Shown here one piece after another: positions 37,116-46,449 of a DNA stretch of 64,000 nt. Origin of the DNA: Chloroflexi bacterium bin20 (GTDB lineage Bacteria > Chloroflexota > Anaerolineae > Aggregatilineales > Phototrophicaceae); contig MPMG01000002.1 of the NCBI GenBank assembly GCA_002238485.1, positions 52,689 to 116,688 of the forward strand, written 5' to 3'. Each line of letters starts with the position of its first letter. Positions within the stretch are counted from its first letter, which is position 1. The position numbers were made by a program, and so were the translations under genes. The notes below the pieces were generated by a model, which saw nothing but the letters and a program-made list of their open reading frames with translations, had not been told where the DNA came from and did no database searches.

Positions 37116-38537
37116 GTGGACGCGCCTGTGACTGCCACCAGCTTGACAGCCGCGCTCGACTACGCGCGCGAGCATCATGCCGACTTCTTGGACGGCTTCA
37201 GGACCTTGCTGCGCTTCCCCTCTATCAGCCTGGAGCGGGCTCGCCAAGCCGACTTGCTGGCCTGCGCCGAGTGGATCGCCGTCCAGATGCGCCAGGCTGG
37301 GCTGGACAATGCGCAACTGCTGCCCACCCCTGGCAATCCGATCGTTTATGGCGACTGGCTGCATGCGGACGCCGCCAAACCCACCATCTTGCTCTATGCT
37401 CACTACGATGTGCAGCCGATCGGCGATGCCGCCCTGTGGCATAGTCCGCCCTTCCAACCGACTGTGGTGAAGGGCCGACTGATCGCTCGGGGCGCAGTCG
37501 ATGACAAATGCGGCGTCTGGATCCTGCTAAAAGCTCTCGAAGCCATCTTGGCAGCCGGCGGACGTTTGCCCGTCAACGTCAAATGCCTCTTCGAGGGCGA
37601 AGAAGAACTGGGCTCAAAGAACACAATCGCCGCTCTGAATCAATATCGCAGCCTGCTGGCGGCTGACGCGCTGATCATCTGCGATGGTCCTTTTTCGCCA
37701 AAGCAACCCGGCATCGGCGTGTCGGTGCGTGGCGCAGTGCAGGGCGAGCTGCGTGTAACCGGTCCGCCCCAAGACTTGCACAGCGGGCGTTATGGCGGCG
37801 CAGTGCGCAATCCCATCCACAGCCTGGCGCGCATCATCGCAGCGCTGCACGACAGCGAAGGGCGCGTGCGGCTGCCGGGCTTCTATGATCAGCTGCCGCA
37901 ATCCCCCGTCAATCAATGGTGCGGCATGGCGGGAGCTCGCCCGATGCAAGCGCCAGCGATCATGCCAGATGCCAACGCAGATTTACAAAAGGCGGCGGGA
38001 CTAGATGATTTCTTTGGCGAAGCGCTGGGTTCTTTCGCGGTTCGGACGACCATGCTGCCGACTCTGGACGTGGGCGGGATTTTCGGCGGCTACAGCGGCG
38101 AAGGCCTGCGCGCCATTATCCCATCAGAAGCGGGCTGCAAATTGACCCTGCGCACTGTGCCCGGGCAAGACGGCGCAGAACGCTGGGCGAGCCTGGTCGA
38201 GCATGCCAAGTCCTTCCGCGAGCCGGGCATAGACATAGAAGCCAGGCTGCACAGCATCGCCCATCCTTTTGCCATGGCTGCCGACGGACGAGAAGCGCTT
38301 GCCCTGCGGCGGGCGCTGGAATCGACGCTGGGCATGCCGGCGCGGCTGCTGCGCCATGGTGGCTCGCTGGCGATCGGCGGCGTCTTGGCGCGGCTGCTGA
38401 ATGCGCCCGTCAGTATGCTGGGCTTGGGCTCGGGCGGCAATTCGCACGCGGCAAATGAGTATATTGTGCTGGACGATATCGCGCCGGCGCTCGAAGTGGC
38501 GATTCGCGCGCTGTTTGAGCTGGGCAACGAGGGCTAA
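37116..38537 (+). CDS. M20-family dipeptidase (ArgE/DapE/carnosinase-like)
   Basis: FPSIS, TILLYAHYDVQP, GRLIARGAVDDKCG, FEGEEELGS. The ORF-track start 36921 overlaps the divergent M28 gene. In-frame candidate starts are TTG 37101, GTG 37116 and GTG 37128, so the start is uncertain. Confidence 0.8.
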   Translation: MDAPVTATSLTAALDYAREHHADFLDGFRTLLRFPSISLERARQADLLACAEWIAVQMRQAGLDNAQLLPTPGNPIVYGDWLHADAAKPTILLYAHYDVQPIGDAALWHSPPFQPTVVKGRLIARGAVDDKCGVWILLKALEAILAAGGRLPVNVKCLFEGEEELGSKNTIAALNQYRSLLAADALIICDGPFSPKQPGIGVSVRGAVQGELRVTGPPQDLHSGRYGGAVRNPIHSLARIIAALHDSEGRVRLPGFYDQLPQSPVNQWCGMAGARPMQAPAIMPDANADLQKAAGLDDFFGEALGSFAVRTTMLPTLDVGGIFGGYSGEGLRAIIPSEAGCKLTLRTVPGQDGAERWASLVEHAKSFREPGIDIEARLHSIAHPFAMAADGREALALRRALESTLGMPARLLRHGGSLAIGGVLARLLNAPVSMLGLGSGGNSHAANEYIVLDDIAPALEVAIRALFELGNEG

Positions 38538-39454
38538 TCCCCGCGCACATCCAGCACATCGCGCAGGGCATCGCCCAGGAAATTGATGCTCAGCACCGTG
38601 ATCATAATCGCCAAACCCGGATAGATGCCCAGCCACCAGGCGCGCGAAAAGAAGCTGCGGGCATCGCTGATGATCAGCCCCCAGGTCGGCGTAGACGGTT
38701 TGACGCCCAAGCCCAGGAAGGACAAGCCCGCTTCTGCCAATATGGCGAAGGACACGCTGAGCGTGGCTTGCACGATGATGGGCGCGATGGCGTTGGGCAA
38801 GATATGCCGCAGCATGATTCGCAGATCCGACGCCCCCATCGAGCGCGCCGCCAGCACATACTCTTCTTCGCGGATCGACAGCACCATGCCGCGCGTGATG
38901 CGGGCGAAGTCGTCCAAAAAAGCCAGCACGATGGCCACGATGACATTCTCCAGCCCCGTGCCAAAGACCGCCACCAGATACACCGCGATGATAAAGTTGG
39001 GGAATGCCCACTGCAAATCGATGTAACGCATGAAAATGGTGTCGATCCAGCCGCCGTAATAGCCCGAAAGCACACCCATCGTCACGCCCAGCAGCATCGA
39101 AATCGTCACCGCCACCACGCCCACAAAGAGCGAAACGCGCGCGCCGATCAAGATGCGCGTGAACAGATCGCGCCCCAGGTCGTCCGTGCCCAGCAGATGC
39201 GCGCTCGAGGGCGGCTGCAAAATATCAAATTCTTGGCTTAGCGGGTCGTAGGGCGAAATGACCGACGAGAATAATGTGCTGAGAATGATCGTGCCCAGCA
39301 GCAACATACTGGCGATTGCCCGTTTATCCCGCAGCAACTGCTGCCAGGCGCGCGGACGTTGGGGCAGGCTGGGCTGCTCGATGCCGCGCAGGTGGGCGAC
39401 AGGGGCCTGCTTTCCCCCGACCTGTCGGGGGGATCGAGGGGGGTTGTCAGTCAT
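38534..39454 (-). CDS. ABC transporter permease (DppC/OppC type)
   Basis: Multi-TM protein with LAARSMGASDLRIMLRHILPN. ATG 39454 overlaps the upstream stop (ATGACTGA). Codons 4-13 are a copy of repeat module Y. Confidence 0.85.
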   Translation of the reverse strand: MTDNPPRSPRQVGGKQAPVAHLRGIEQPSLPQRPRAWQQLLRDKRAIASMLLLGTIILSTLFSSVISPYDPLSQEFDILQPPSSAHLLGTDDLGRDLFTRILIGARVSLFVGVVAVTISMLLGVTMGVLSGYYGGWIDTIFMRYIDLQWAFPNFIIAVYLVAVFGTGLENVIVAIVLAFLDDFARITRGMVLSIREEEYVLAARSMGASDLRIMLRHILPNAIAPIIVQATLSVSFAILAEAGLSFLGLGVKPSTPTWGLIISDARSFFSRAWWLGIYPGLAIMITVLSINFLGDALRDVLDVRGD

Positions 39455-40388
39455 AGCTGATGCGCGGGTCGATCACGCGGTAGAGCATATCGACCGCCAG
39501 ATTCATGAATACCAGCAAGACCGCCACCAACAGGATGCTGCCCTGCACGACTGGATAATCGCGGTTGAGGATGCTTTGGATCAGCACCCGTCCCAGCCCC
39601 TTGATAGCGAAGACATTCTCCACCACCACCGAGCCGGAAAACAGCAGCGCCAGCGAGATGCCCATGACGGTCACGACGGGTATGAGGGCATTGCGCAAGG
39701 CATGGCGAAAGATGACCCGTCGCTCGTTCAGCCCCTTGCTGCGCGCCAGGGTGATGTAATCTTGCCCCAGCACTTCCAGCATCGCGCTGCGCGTCAGGCG
39801 GGCGATAGAAGCCGAAAATGGCAAGCCCACTGCCAGCCCAGGCAGAATCAAATAGCGCAGCCACTGGTCCAGCCCAGCGCTCATGGGCCGGTAACCGATG
39901 GCCGGAAACCAGCGCAGATTGACGGCGAAGACGATGATCAGCACGATGCCGATCCAAAACGAAGGCATGCTGATGCCCAGGAATGCCGCGAAGTTGAAGC
40001 CATAATCCAGCAGGCTGTCTTTCTTGACCGCCGAGATGATGCCAGCCGACAAACCCAGCGTGAAGGACACCAGGAAAGCCACCACCGCCAGCGAGACCGT
40101 GCGCGGCGCCGCCTCGGCGATCTGCACATTGACAGCCTGATGACTGCCATAAAGCGACTGCCCCAGGTCGCCAGCCAGGGTATTGCGCAGCCAGAAGACA
40201 TATTGCACGATGACCGGCTGGTCCAAGCCCAGCTTGGCGCGGATGGCATCGGCGGCAGTGGGATCGACATCGGCGAGCAGCGCGGCGATCGGATCGCCCG
40301 GCACCGCCCGCAGCATGAAAAAGACCAACGTGCCCACCGCCCAGACGACGATCAGCGCTTGTATCACCCGCGCGACAAAATAGCGCAT
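39447..40388 (-). CDS. ABC transporter permease (DppB/OppB type)
   Basis: Multi-TM protein with LARSKGLNERRVIFRHALRNALIPVVT. AGGAAG RBS. Confidence 0.85.
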   Translation of the reverse strand: MRYFVARVIQALIVVWAVGTLVFFMLRAVPGDPIAALLADVDPTAADAIRAKLGLDQPVIVQYVFWLRNTLAGDLGQSLYGSHQAVNVQIAEAAPRTVSLAVVAFLVSFTLGLSAGIISAVKKDSLLDYGFNFAAFLGISMPSFWIGIVLIIVFAVNLRWFPAIGYRPMSAGLDQWLRYLILPGLAVGLPFSASIARLTRSAMLEVLGQDYITLARSKGLNERRVIFRHALRNALIPVVTVMGISLALLFSGSVVVENVFAIKGLGRVLIQSILNRDYPVVQGSILLVAVLLVFMNLAVDMLYRVIDPRISYD

Positions 40389-40473
40389 GCCCGCTTCCTG
40401 TTGTTGGGCGCGATCCCCCGCCCGACTATCTGAGCAGGGGGATTATTGATACTTGTGCGGCGATTGTCCGCAT

Positions 40474-42309
40474 CTAACTCAGGCTGACGCGGTCCAGATC
40501 GCGCAAGCCAACAATGCGGCTTTCTGGCGGATACGTCACCTCGGCGCGATGCACGAGGATCTCTGTGCCATGGAAGATGAAGATCGACGCCAGCTTGTCG
40601 CTTGTCAGCTGGTTTGCCTCTTGCACCAGCGCCTTGCGCGCGGCGGGATCGGCTGTGACCGCCTGCTGGTTGATCAACTCGTTGACGCGGTCGGCGGAAA
40701 AGAAACCGAATGCCCGCTCGCCATATTTCTCCACCAAGTCGGCATCGTTGCGGTTGGCGCCATTGAAGCGCGAGTCGCTGAGCATCCAGTCGACCAAGCC
40801 GTCATCGGGGTCAAAGTCGCCGCCGCTGCCCAGCCGCAGCAAGTCGTATTCCATGCGGTTGGCATCTTCGATCAACACGGTGAAGTCCTTGATGTCCAGC
40901 TCGATTGTGATGTTGAGGTTGCTGCGGTACATGTCGACGATGACTTCGGCCTGACGGCGTCCGGCTGGCGTGGTCAGCAGCTTCAACGTGGGGAAGCCCT
41001 CGCCATCGGGGTAGCCCGCGTCAGCCAACAATGCCTGCGCCGCCGCGACATCAAATCGCTGTTCGCTGGTTTCGTTGATGCCTGTGTCGAAGTAATAACC
41101 CATAGCCGGATTGATCGTGCCGAAGGCTGGCACGCCGCGTCCAAACAAAGCCCGCTGGATGAAACGCTCGCGGTCGAAGGCTTTCGCCAGCGCCAGCCGC
41201 ACCTTGAAGCCGTTCTGCTGCTTCAGCTCATCGACAGACAAGTTGAAATCCTCGACCACCATGGGCTCGCGCCAGGGATTGACGAAGACCGACTGGAAGC
41301 CGTTGCCAGGGATCTCGTCCACGACCAGATCGGGATTCATCAAAAAGCGGTCGACCAGCTCGGCAGCCACGCCATTGCCGCCGATGAGGTGGATGTCGCC
41401 AGTTTCGATAGCGGCAGCCAGCGGCTCGTTTTCGGGGATGGGGATGATGGTCACCTTGTCGACGACCGGGCGCGCCGGGTCATAATAGTCGTCGAAGCGC
41501 TCCAGCACGACGCCCTGCCCCAGCTGGTGTCCGGTTACGCGGAAGGGTCCCGTTCCAACCGGCATCAAGCCATACTCCTGCAAGCCCATCGATTCGATTG
41601 CATGCTGGCTGACGATGGTCATCGCGCGGCCGCTGGAACGTTCCAGGGTCTTGACCAACAGCGAGGCTTGCGGCTTGCCAAGGCTGAGCTGGATGGTCAT
41701 GTCGTCCAGCGCAACTACATCCAGTACATTGACGAGGTTGCCGGAGTGAATCGACTGCGCTGGATCTTTCGAGCGATTGTATGTGAAGACGACATCGGCG
41801 GCCGAAAAGGCATCGCCATTGTGCCAGGTAACGCCTTCGCGCAGGTTGAATGTCCAGACCAAGCCATCATCAGAGACAGTCCAGTCGGTGGCCAGGTCGC
41901 CTTCTGCCACCAGGTCGGCATTGATATGCGTCAAGCCGCTGAGCACATTGGATGCCACCTGGAATTGCAGCACCTGGTTGATCTGCGCGGGATCAAGCGT
42001 GGTGATTTCTGCTGTGCCCGCCCAGCCACAGATCAAATGTCCGCCACCTTGGGCGAAGGCGCGCGTGGCTGCTGGCAGGGCGATGCCGGCCGCCCCCATC
42101 AGATGCGAAAGCGATATCGAGCCGCCCGATGCCGCCACCAGCCGCAAAAATGAACGCCGGCTCAGCTTCGGACCGCTGATCTCGTCTTTGCTCAAACCAA
42201 AGAGCGGGTCGCGCGGGTCAAAGTCGTAGGCGCGGCGATGCTCGTCGGCGATGCGCGCTTTTTCAGCGCCGGTGAGGCGAGCAAACATGTCTTGCAGTCG
42301 TTTGTTCAT
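40474..42309 (-). CDS. ABC transporter substrate-binding protein, family 5, with Tat-type signal after a long N-terminal extension
   Basis: SRRSFLRLVAASGG...ATRAFA twin-arginine signal begins about 50 aa after ATG 42309, which has a strong GGAGGA RBS 7 nt upstream. DppA/OppA-like body. Confidence 0.85.
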   Translation of the reverse strand: MNKRLQDMFARLTGAEKARIADEHRRAYDFDPRDPLFGLSKDEISGPKLSRRSFLRLVAASGGSISLSHLMGAAGIALPAATRAFAQGGGHLICGWAGTAEITTLDPAQINQVLQFQVASNVLSGLTHINADLVAEGDLATDWTVSDDGLVWTFNLREGVTWHNGDAFSAADVVFTYNRSKDPAQSIHSGNLVNVLDVVALDDMTIQLSLGKPQASLLVKTLERSSGRAMTIVSQHAIESMGLQEYGLMPVGTGPFRVTGHQLGQGVVLERFDDYYDPARPVVDKVTIIPIPENEPLAAAIETGDIHLIGGNGVAAELVDRFLMNPDLVVDEIPGNGFQSVFVNPWREPMVVEDFNLSVDELKQQNGFKVRLALAKAFDRERFIQRALFGRGVPAFGTINPAMGYYFDTGINETSEQRFDVAAAQALLADAGYPDGEGFPTLKLLTTPAGRRQAEVIVDMYRSNLNITIELDIKDFTVLIEDANRMEYDLLRLGSGGDFDPDDGLVDWMLSDSRFNGANRNDADLVEKYGERAFGFFSADRVNELINQQAVTADPAARKALVQEANQLTSDKLASIFIFHGTEILVHRAEVTYPPESRIVGLRDLDRVSLS

Positions 42310-42366
42310 CTTCTATCCTCCGTCTTGTTTAACTAGATAATTCTCAGTTCGTATAGCATGCAAATA

Positions 42367-42395
42367 AGTATAGAGTCTTGGTGCGCCTCATGCAA
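42367..42395 (-). promoter_or_regulatory. sigma70-like promoter for the SBP operon (TTGCAT-17-TATACT on the minus strand)
   Basis: Minus strand reads ttgcat gaggcgcaccaagactc tatact, about 55 nt upstream of ATG 42309, in an AT-rich leader. Confidence 0.4.
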
Positions 42396-42448
42396 CGAAC
42401 TGGCGACTGTCAACGGTCTGCGCCATCCCGAAGGACAGATGGAGCCGA

Positions 42449-43951
42449 CTAGTAGCATACCTCCCCGCGCAGGACAGCTTTCTGCACTTTGCCCAGGGCA
42501 TTGCGAGGCAGGTCGGCGGCGAAGATCACCCGTCGCGGCGCTTTGTAGGCGGCTAGCCGATCGCGGCAATGCGCACAGATTTCGTCTGCATCCGGGGCAG
42601 CGCCTGGCTTGGGCACGATGACCGCCACGACCAGCTCGCCCCACTCGGCATCCGGGCAGCCGACCACTGCGCAGGCCGCCACATCCGCATGCGTCATCAG
42701 CGCCAACTCGACTTCCGGCGGATAAATGTTCATGCCGCCGCTGATGATGAGGTCTTTGGCGCGGCCCTTGAGCGTGAAGTAGCCATCGTGCGAGCGCGAA
42801 CCCAGATCGCCCGTACGCAGCCAGCCATCTTCTGTGAAAGCTTGCGCCGTCTTTTCGGGTTGATTCCAATATCCAGCGAAGACATGCGCGCCGCTGATCT
42901 GCACTTCGCCCACAACGTCATTGGGCAGGGGCGTATCGGTTCCGGGGTCGACGATGCGCGCCTGCACGCCTGGCAGCGGCATGCCCACCGAGCCAACGCG
43001 CCGCTCGCCATGCAGCGGGTTGGACAAGTTCATGCCGGTCTCGGTCATGCCATAGCGTTCCAGCAAAGTGACGCCGAAACTGCGCTGATAGCCAGAGAAA
43101 AGATCGTCAGGCAGGCGATCGCTGCCGGATGTCAACAGACGCATATGGCTGAGGTCGATGCGCCGCCCCGCCGCGTGCGTATAGAGCCGACGGTGCATGG
43201 TGGGCACGCCCATGAAGACCGAGCAGCGCCGGCTTTGCAGCAAGTCCAGCACCGCCACAGCATCAAAGCCAGGCAGCAGATCGGCAGTCGCGCCAGCATG
43301 CAGCGCTCCGTGCAGCGCCACCACCAGCCCGTGCACATGAAAGATGGGCAGCGCATGCAGCAGCACATCGTCCGCGCGCCAGCCCCAGGCCGAATGCAGC
43401 GACTTGATGTTGGCGGTCAAATTGCCATGCGTGATCAGCGCGCCTTTGGGACGGCTGGTCGTGCCGCTGGTGTACAGCATCATGGCAGTTTGGTCGGGCT
43501 TGGCGGGCAGGCTCACGGGCTTGGCGGAATAGCTGCCAACGCGATCTGTCCAGTGCGCGTCCGCGTCGATGAAAATTGCCTCTTGCAGCGCCGGCAGGCT
43601 GGAAATCATCTCGGCAAGCGACGATTGTTTCGTCACATCTGCAAATAACAAGCGAGCGCCTGCATCGGCCAGGAAGTAGTGCAGCTCGGCCGGCGGATAA
43701 CCGGGATTCAAGGGCAAAAACACCGCGCCAACTTGCATTGCCGCCAGATGCAAGTAGATGAAGGGCAGGCATTTGGGCAGCTGCACAGCCACTCGGTCGC
43801 CAGGTTCAACACCCAGCGCGCGCAGAAAGTGGGCAGTGCGACTGGTCGTCTCTGCCAGCTGCGCATAGCTGATTGCCTCGCCGCCGATGAACTGGATGGC
43901 GTTTTTCTGCGGATTGGCTCGGCAGTTGCTGGCGATTGCGTCTAGGAACAT
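42449..43951 (-). CDS. AMP-dependent acyl-CoA synthetase/ligase
   Basis: AMP-binding motif MLYTSGTTSRPKGALITHGNL, GYWNQPEKT, WLRTGDLG, ISGGMNIYPPEVE. 500 aa. Confidence 0.85.
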   Translation of the reverse strand: MFLDAIASNCRANPQKNAIQFIGGEAISYAQLAETTSRTAHFLRALGVEPGDRVAVQLPKCLPFIYLHLAAMQVGAVFLPLNPGYPPAELHYFLADAGARLLFADVTKQSSLAEMISSLPALQEAIFIDADAHWTDRVGSYSAKPVSLPAKPDQTAMMLYTSGTTSRPKGALITHGNLTANIKSLHSAWGWRADDVLLHALPIFHVHGLVVALHGALHAGATADLLPGFDAVAVLDLLQSRRCSVFMGVPTMHRRLYTHAAGRRIDLSHMRLLTSGSDRLPDDLFSGYQRSFGVTLLERYGMTETGMNLSNPLHGERRVGSVGMPLPGVQARIVDPGTDTPLPNDVVGEVQISGAHVFAGYWNQPEKTAQAFTEDGWLRTGDLGSRSHDGYFTLKGRAKDLIISGGMNIYPPEVELALMTHADVAACAVVGCPDAEWGELVVAVIVPKPGAAPDADEICAHCRDRLAAYKAPRRVIFAADLPRNALGKVQKAVLRGEVCY

Positions 43952-43963
43952 GGCGCATTTTTA

Positions 43964-44124
43964 CCACAGAACACACAGAGGCATAGAGGAGAGGTGCGGG
44001 GGCGATATTTGTGTCGCCGCTATTTTGTTCGACCGCAGGATGTCACGGTGTAGAGATGAGCCAGTGGGTCGCCCGCTTTGTGGGATGCGCGACTGACGGG
44101 CGATTTTCAAATGTCGCTCCTGCA
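43964..44124. repeat. composite intergenic repeat in reverse orientation (module Z, then module X hairpins)
   Basis: ccacagaacacacagaggcatagagg (reverse complement of CTCTGTG...CTGTGG), gggggcgatatttgtgtcgcc, tgtagagatgagccagtgggtcgccc, gggcgattttcaaatgtcgctcctgca. Confidence 0.7.
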
Positions 44125-44158
44125 CCCGATCTGTCAGAGCGGCCGAGGGCTACAGTCC

Positions 44159-46234
44159 TCAGCGCCCCAGCAGCACCACGACCGAACGCGCGCCAATCTG
44201 TTGTGTCGATTGATCCAGCAGCGGCGGCTCATCGCCGGGCGCATAGCTGTCATCGGGCGGGGCCAGCGCTGTGTTGACAGCGGTATGCCAGCGCGCGCCT
44301 CGTGGCAGTTTTGGCAGCTGGAAGCGCGCCGGCAGCCAGTGCGCATTCATGATGATGTAGACCAGCCGACGAGCTTTCGCTCCACAGAACAACAGGCCCA
44401 AACGCCGACTCTCGTGCGTCCAGTCAGGCTGCCAAGGCTGCTGTCCATGATAAGACACGCTTTCGTCCGCGAATGTACCCTCGGCATTCGGCGCAGGCTG
44501 ATGCCGCAAGTAATCGGCTCGCCGCAGAAGAGCTTGTGTTTGCCGCAGCTTCAGCAGATTCTTCACAAATCGCCACAATGGCGGCTGCGCAGCCAGGCAA
44601 GACCAGTCAAATTCGTTCAAGGCCTTGTCGTGGCAAAAGCTGTTGTTGTTGCCGGCTTTGCTGTGCCCATATTCATCGCCCATCCACAGCATGGGCAGGC
44701 CTTGGCTGATCAGCAGCAGGCAGAGGAAGTTTTTCTGCTGACGGGCGCGCAGGGCGTTGATGGCAGCGTCGTCGCTTTCGCCTTCTGCGCCGCAATGCCA
44801 GCTGTGGTTGTCGTCCGCGCCATCGCGGTTATTTTCGCCATTGGCGAGGTTGCGCTTGCAGTTGTAGCTGACCAGGTCGCGCAGGGTGAAGCCGTCATGG
44901 GCGGTGATGAAATTGATAGAAGCGCACGGTCCACGCTCGCCATACATATCGGGGGAGCCTTGCATGCGCGCCGCCACATCGCCCACCAGCCCGGCATCGC
45001 CTTTGACAAAGCGCCGCAGATCATCACGATAGCGCCCGTTCCATTCTGCCCAGCGCCCATAATCCGGAAAGCTGCCGACCTGGTACAAGCCGCCGGCATC
45101 CCAGGCTTCGGCGATCAGCTTGGTGCGCGCCAGCAGCGGGTCCTTCGCCAGTGCCTCCAGCAAGGGCGGGTCGGGATGCGGATTGCCGTCGGTATCGCGC
45201 GCCAGACTGGAGGCCAGATCGAAGCGGAAGCCATCGATGTGATAGTCGCTGACCCAGTGGCGCAGGCAGTCCAGCAGCAGCTTGCGCACGACCGGATGCC
45301 CACAATTGAGCGTATTGCCCGTGCCGCTGAAATTGTGATAACTGCCATCGGGCTTGAGCAGGTAATAGATGCTGTTGTCAATGCCGCGGAAAGAGATGGT
45401 TGGTCCTTTTTCATCGCTTTCTGCTGTGTGATTAAAGACCACATCCAGCCAAACTTCGATGCCCGCGCGATGACAGGCCAAGATCAGCTGCTTCAGTTCG
45501 CGCGCCGGGTCATCACCAGCGGCATAGGCGGCTTTGGGCGCGAAGAAGCCGATCGGGTTATAGCCCCAATAATTCACTAGCTGCTCGCCGGTTTCGGGAT
45601 GGTGGTTGCGGTTGTCGAGCTCGTCAAATTCAAAGATGGGCATCAGCTCGATGCAATTGACGCCCAGCGACTGCAAATAGGGGATTTTTTCAATCAGCCC
45701 AGCGTAAGTGCCCGGCGTAGCCACATCCGCGCCAGCTGTGAAGCCGCGCACATGCAACTCATAGACAACCAGATCTTCTCGCGGCGTATGTAGCTGTCGG
45801 TCGCCCTGCCAGTCGAAGTCGCCGCTATAGGGACGGGCGCGATAAGCCGCGTTGGCATATCGTTTGCCACGCCAGCATTCCAGCCCCCCAATCGCTTTGG
45901 CATAGGGGTCGAGCAAGATCTGCTGCGCGTTAAAGCGGTGGCCGCGCGCTGCATCGTTGGGTCCATCCAAGCGGAATCCATATTCAATTCTCTCGGGATC
46001 CAAACCCTGCACGATCATGGCATAGACATCGCCGGTGCGGCAGGCATCCAGAAACGGGATTTCGATCATGGGCTCATCTGCGCCGCGCTCGAACAATACC
46101 AGGCTGCACGATGTGGCATGACGAGAGAAAATGGCGAAGTTGATTCCATCGGGCACGGGAGTCGCGCCAAATTGCAGCGGATTGCCCGGATAAAACTGGA
46201 AGTCGCCCAGGGCGTAGGCACTGTGTTTGATCAT
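44159..46234 (-). CDS. glgX: glycogen debranching enzyme (GH13 isoamylase-type)
   Basis: GINFAIFS N-terminal domain. GH13 regions DVVFNHT, GFRFDLAS, IAEAWD and FITAHDGFTLRD, plus GNNNSFCHD. Start set to ATG 46234 (MIKHSAYALGDFQFYPGNPLQFGA) rather than TTG 46366. Confidence 0.9.
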   Translation of the reverse strand: MIKHSAYALGDFQFYPGNPLQFGATPVPDGINFAIFSRHATSCSLVLFERGADEPMIEIPFLDACRTGDVYAMIVQGLDPERIEYGFRLDGPNDAARGHRFNAQQILLDPYAKAIGGLECWRGKRYANAAYRARPYSGDFDWQGDRQLHTPREDLVVYELHVRGFTAGADVATPGTYAGLIEKIPYLQSLGVNCIELMPIFEFDELDNRNHHPETGEQLVNYWGYNPIGFFAPKAAYAAGDDPARELKQLILACHRAGIEVWLDVVFNHTAESDEKGPTISFRGIDNSIYYLLKPDGSYHNFSGTGNTLNCGHPVVRKLLLDCLRHWVSDYHIDGFRFDLASSLARDTDGNPHPDPPLLEALAKDPLLARTKLIAEAWDAGGLYQVGSFPDYGRWAEWNGRYRDDLRRFVKGDAGLVGDVAARMQGSPDMYGERGPCASINFITAHDGFTLRDLVSYNCKRNLANGENNRDGADDNHSWHCGAEGESDDAAINALRARQQKNFLCLLLISQGLPMLWMGDEYGHSKAGNNNSFCHDKALNEFDWSCLAAQPPLWRFVKNLLKLRQTQALLRRADYLRHQPAPNAEGTFADESVSYHGQQPWQPDWTHESRRLGLLFCGAKARRLVYIIMNAHWLPARFQLPKLPRGARWHTAVNTALAPPDDSYAPGDEPPLLDQSTQQIGARSVVVLLGR

Positions 46235-46449
46235 GGTCGTACTATACCAGCGATGTTGTTTTGTCCGCACGGCAAGCCCTCTTACTAACCGATTAGGATG
46301 GCGGGGGACTCTGTCGCTGACAGAACTGCTACTTCCGCCAGAGATTCTGATGAATAATTGTAGCAATCGCCGAATCGAGGCATACTACTAGCAGCAAGGT
46401 AGGGTCGAGTGGCTGATACTACGATGTCGGACAGCCTTCGTTTCGAAAG

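Noticed and set aside
46235-46366. Longer glgX N-terminus from TTG 46366 (MLQLFIRISGGSSSSVSDRVPRHPNRL...).
   Set aside because: The extension is low-complexity and unlike GlgX N-termini. ATG 46234 gives MIKHSAYALGDFQFYPGNPLQFGA, which aligns with the usual start of the N-terminal domain.
46235-46449. The 215-bp divergent spacer between glgX and the BMP-type ABC operon, examined for a riboswitch (purine, 2'-dG, ZTP, preQ1 or c-di-GMP types).
   Set aside because: I could not recognise any of the conserved cores of these riboswitch classes by eye. A covariance-model scan (Rfam/Infernal) would be needed to rule one out.
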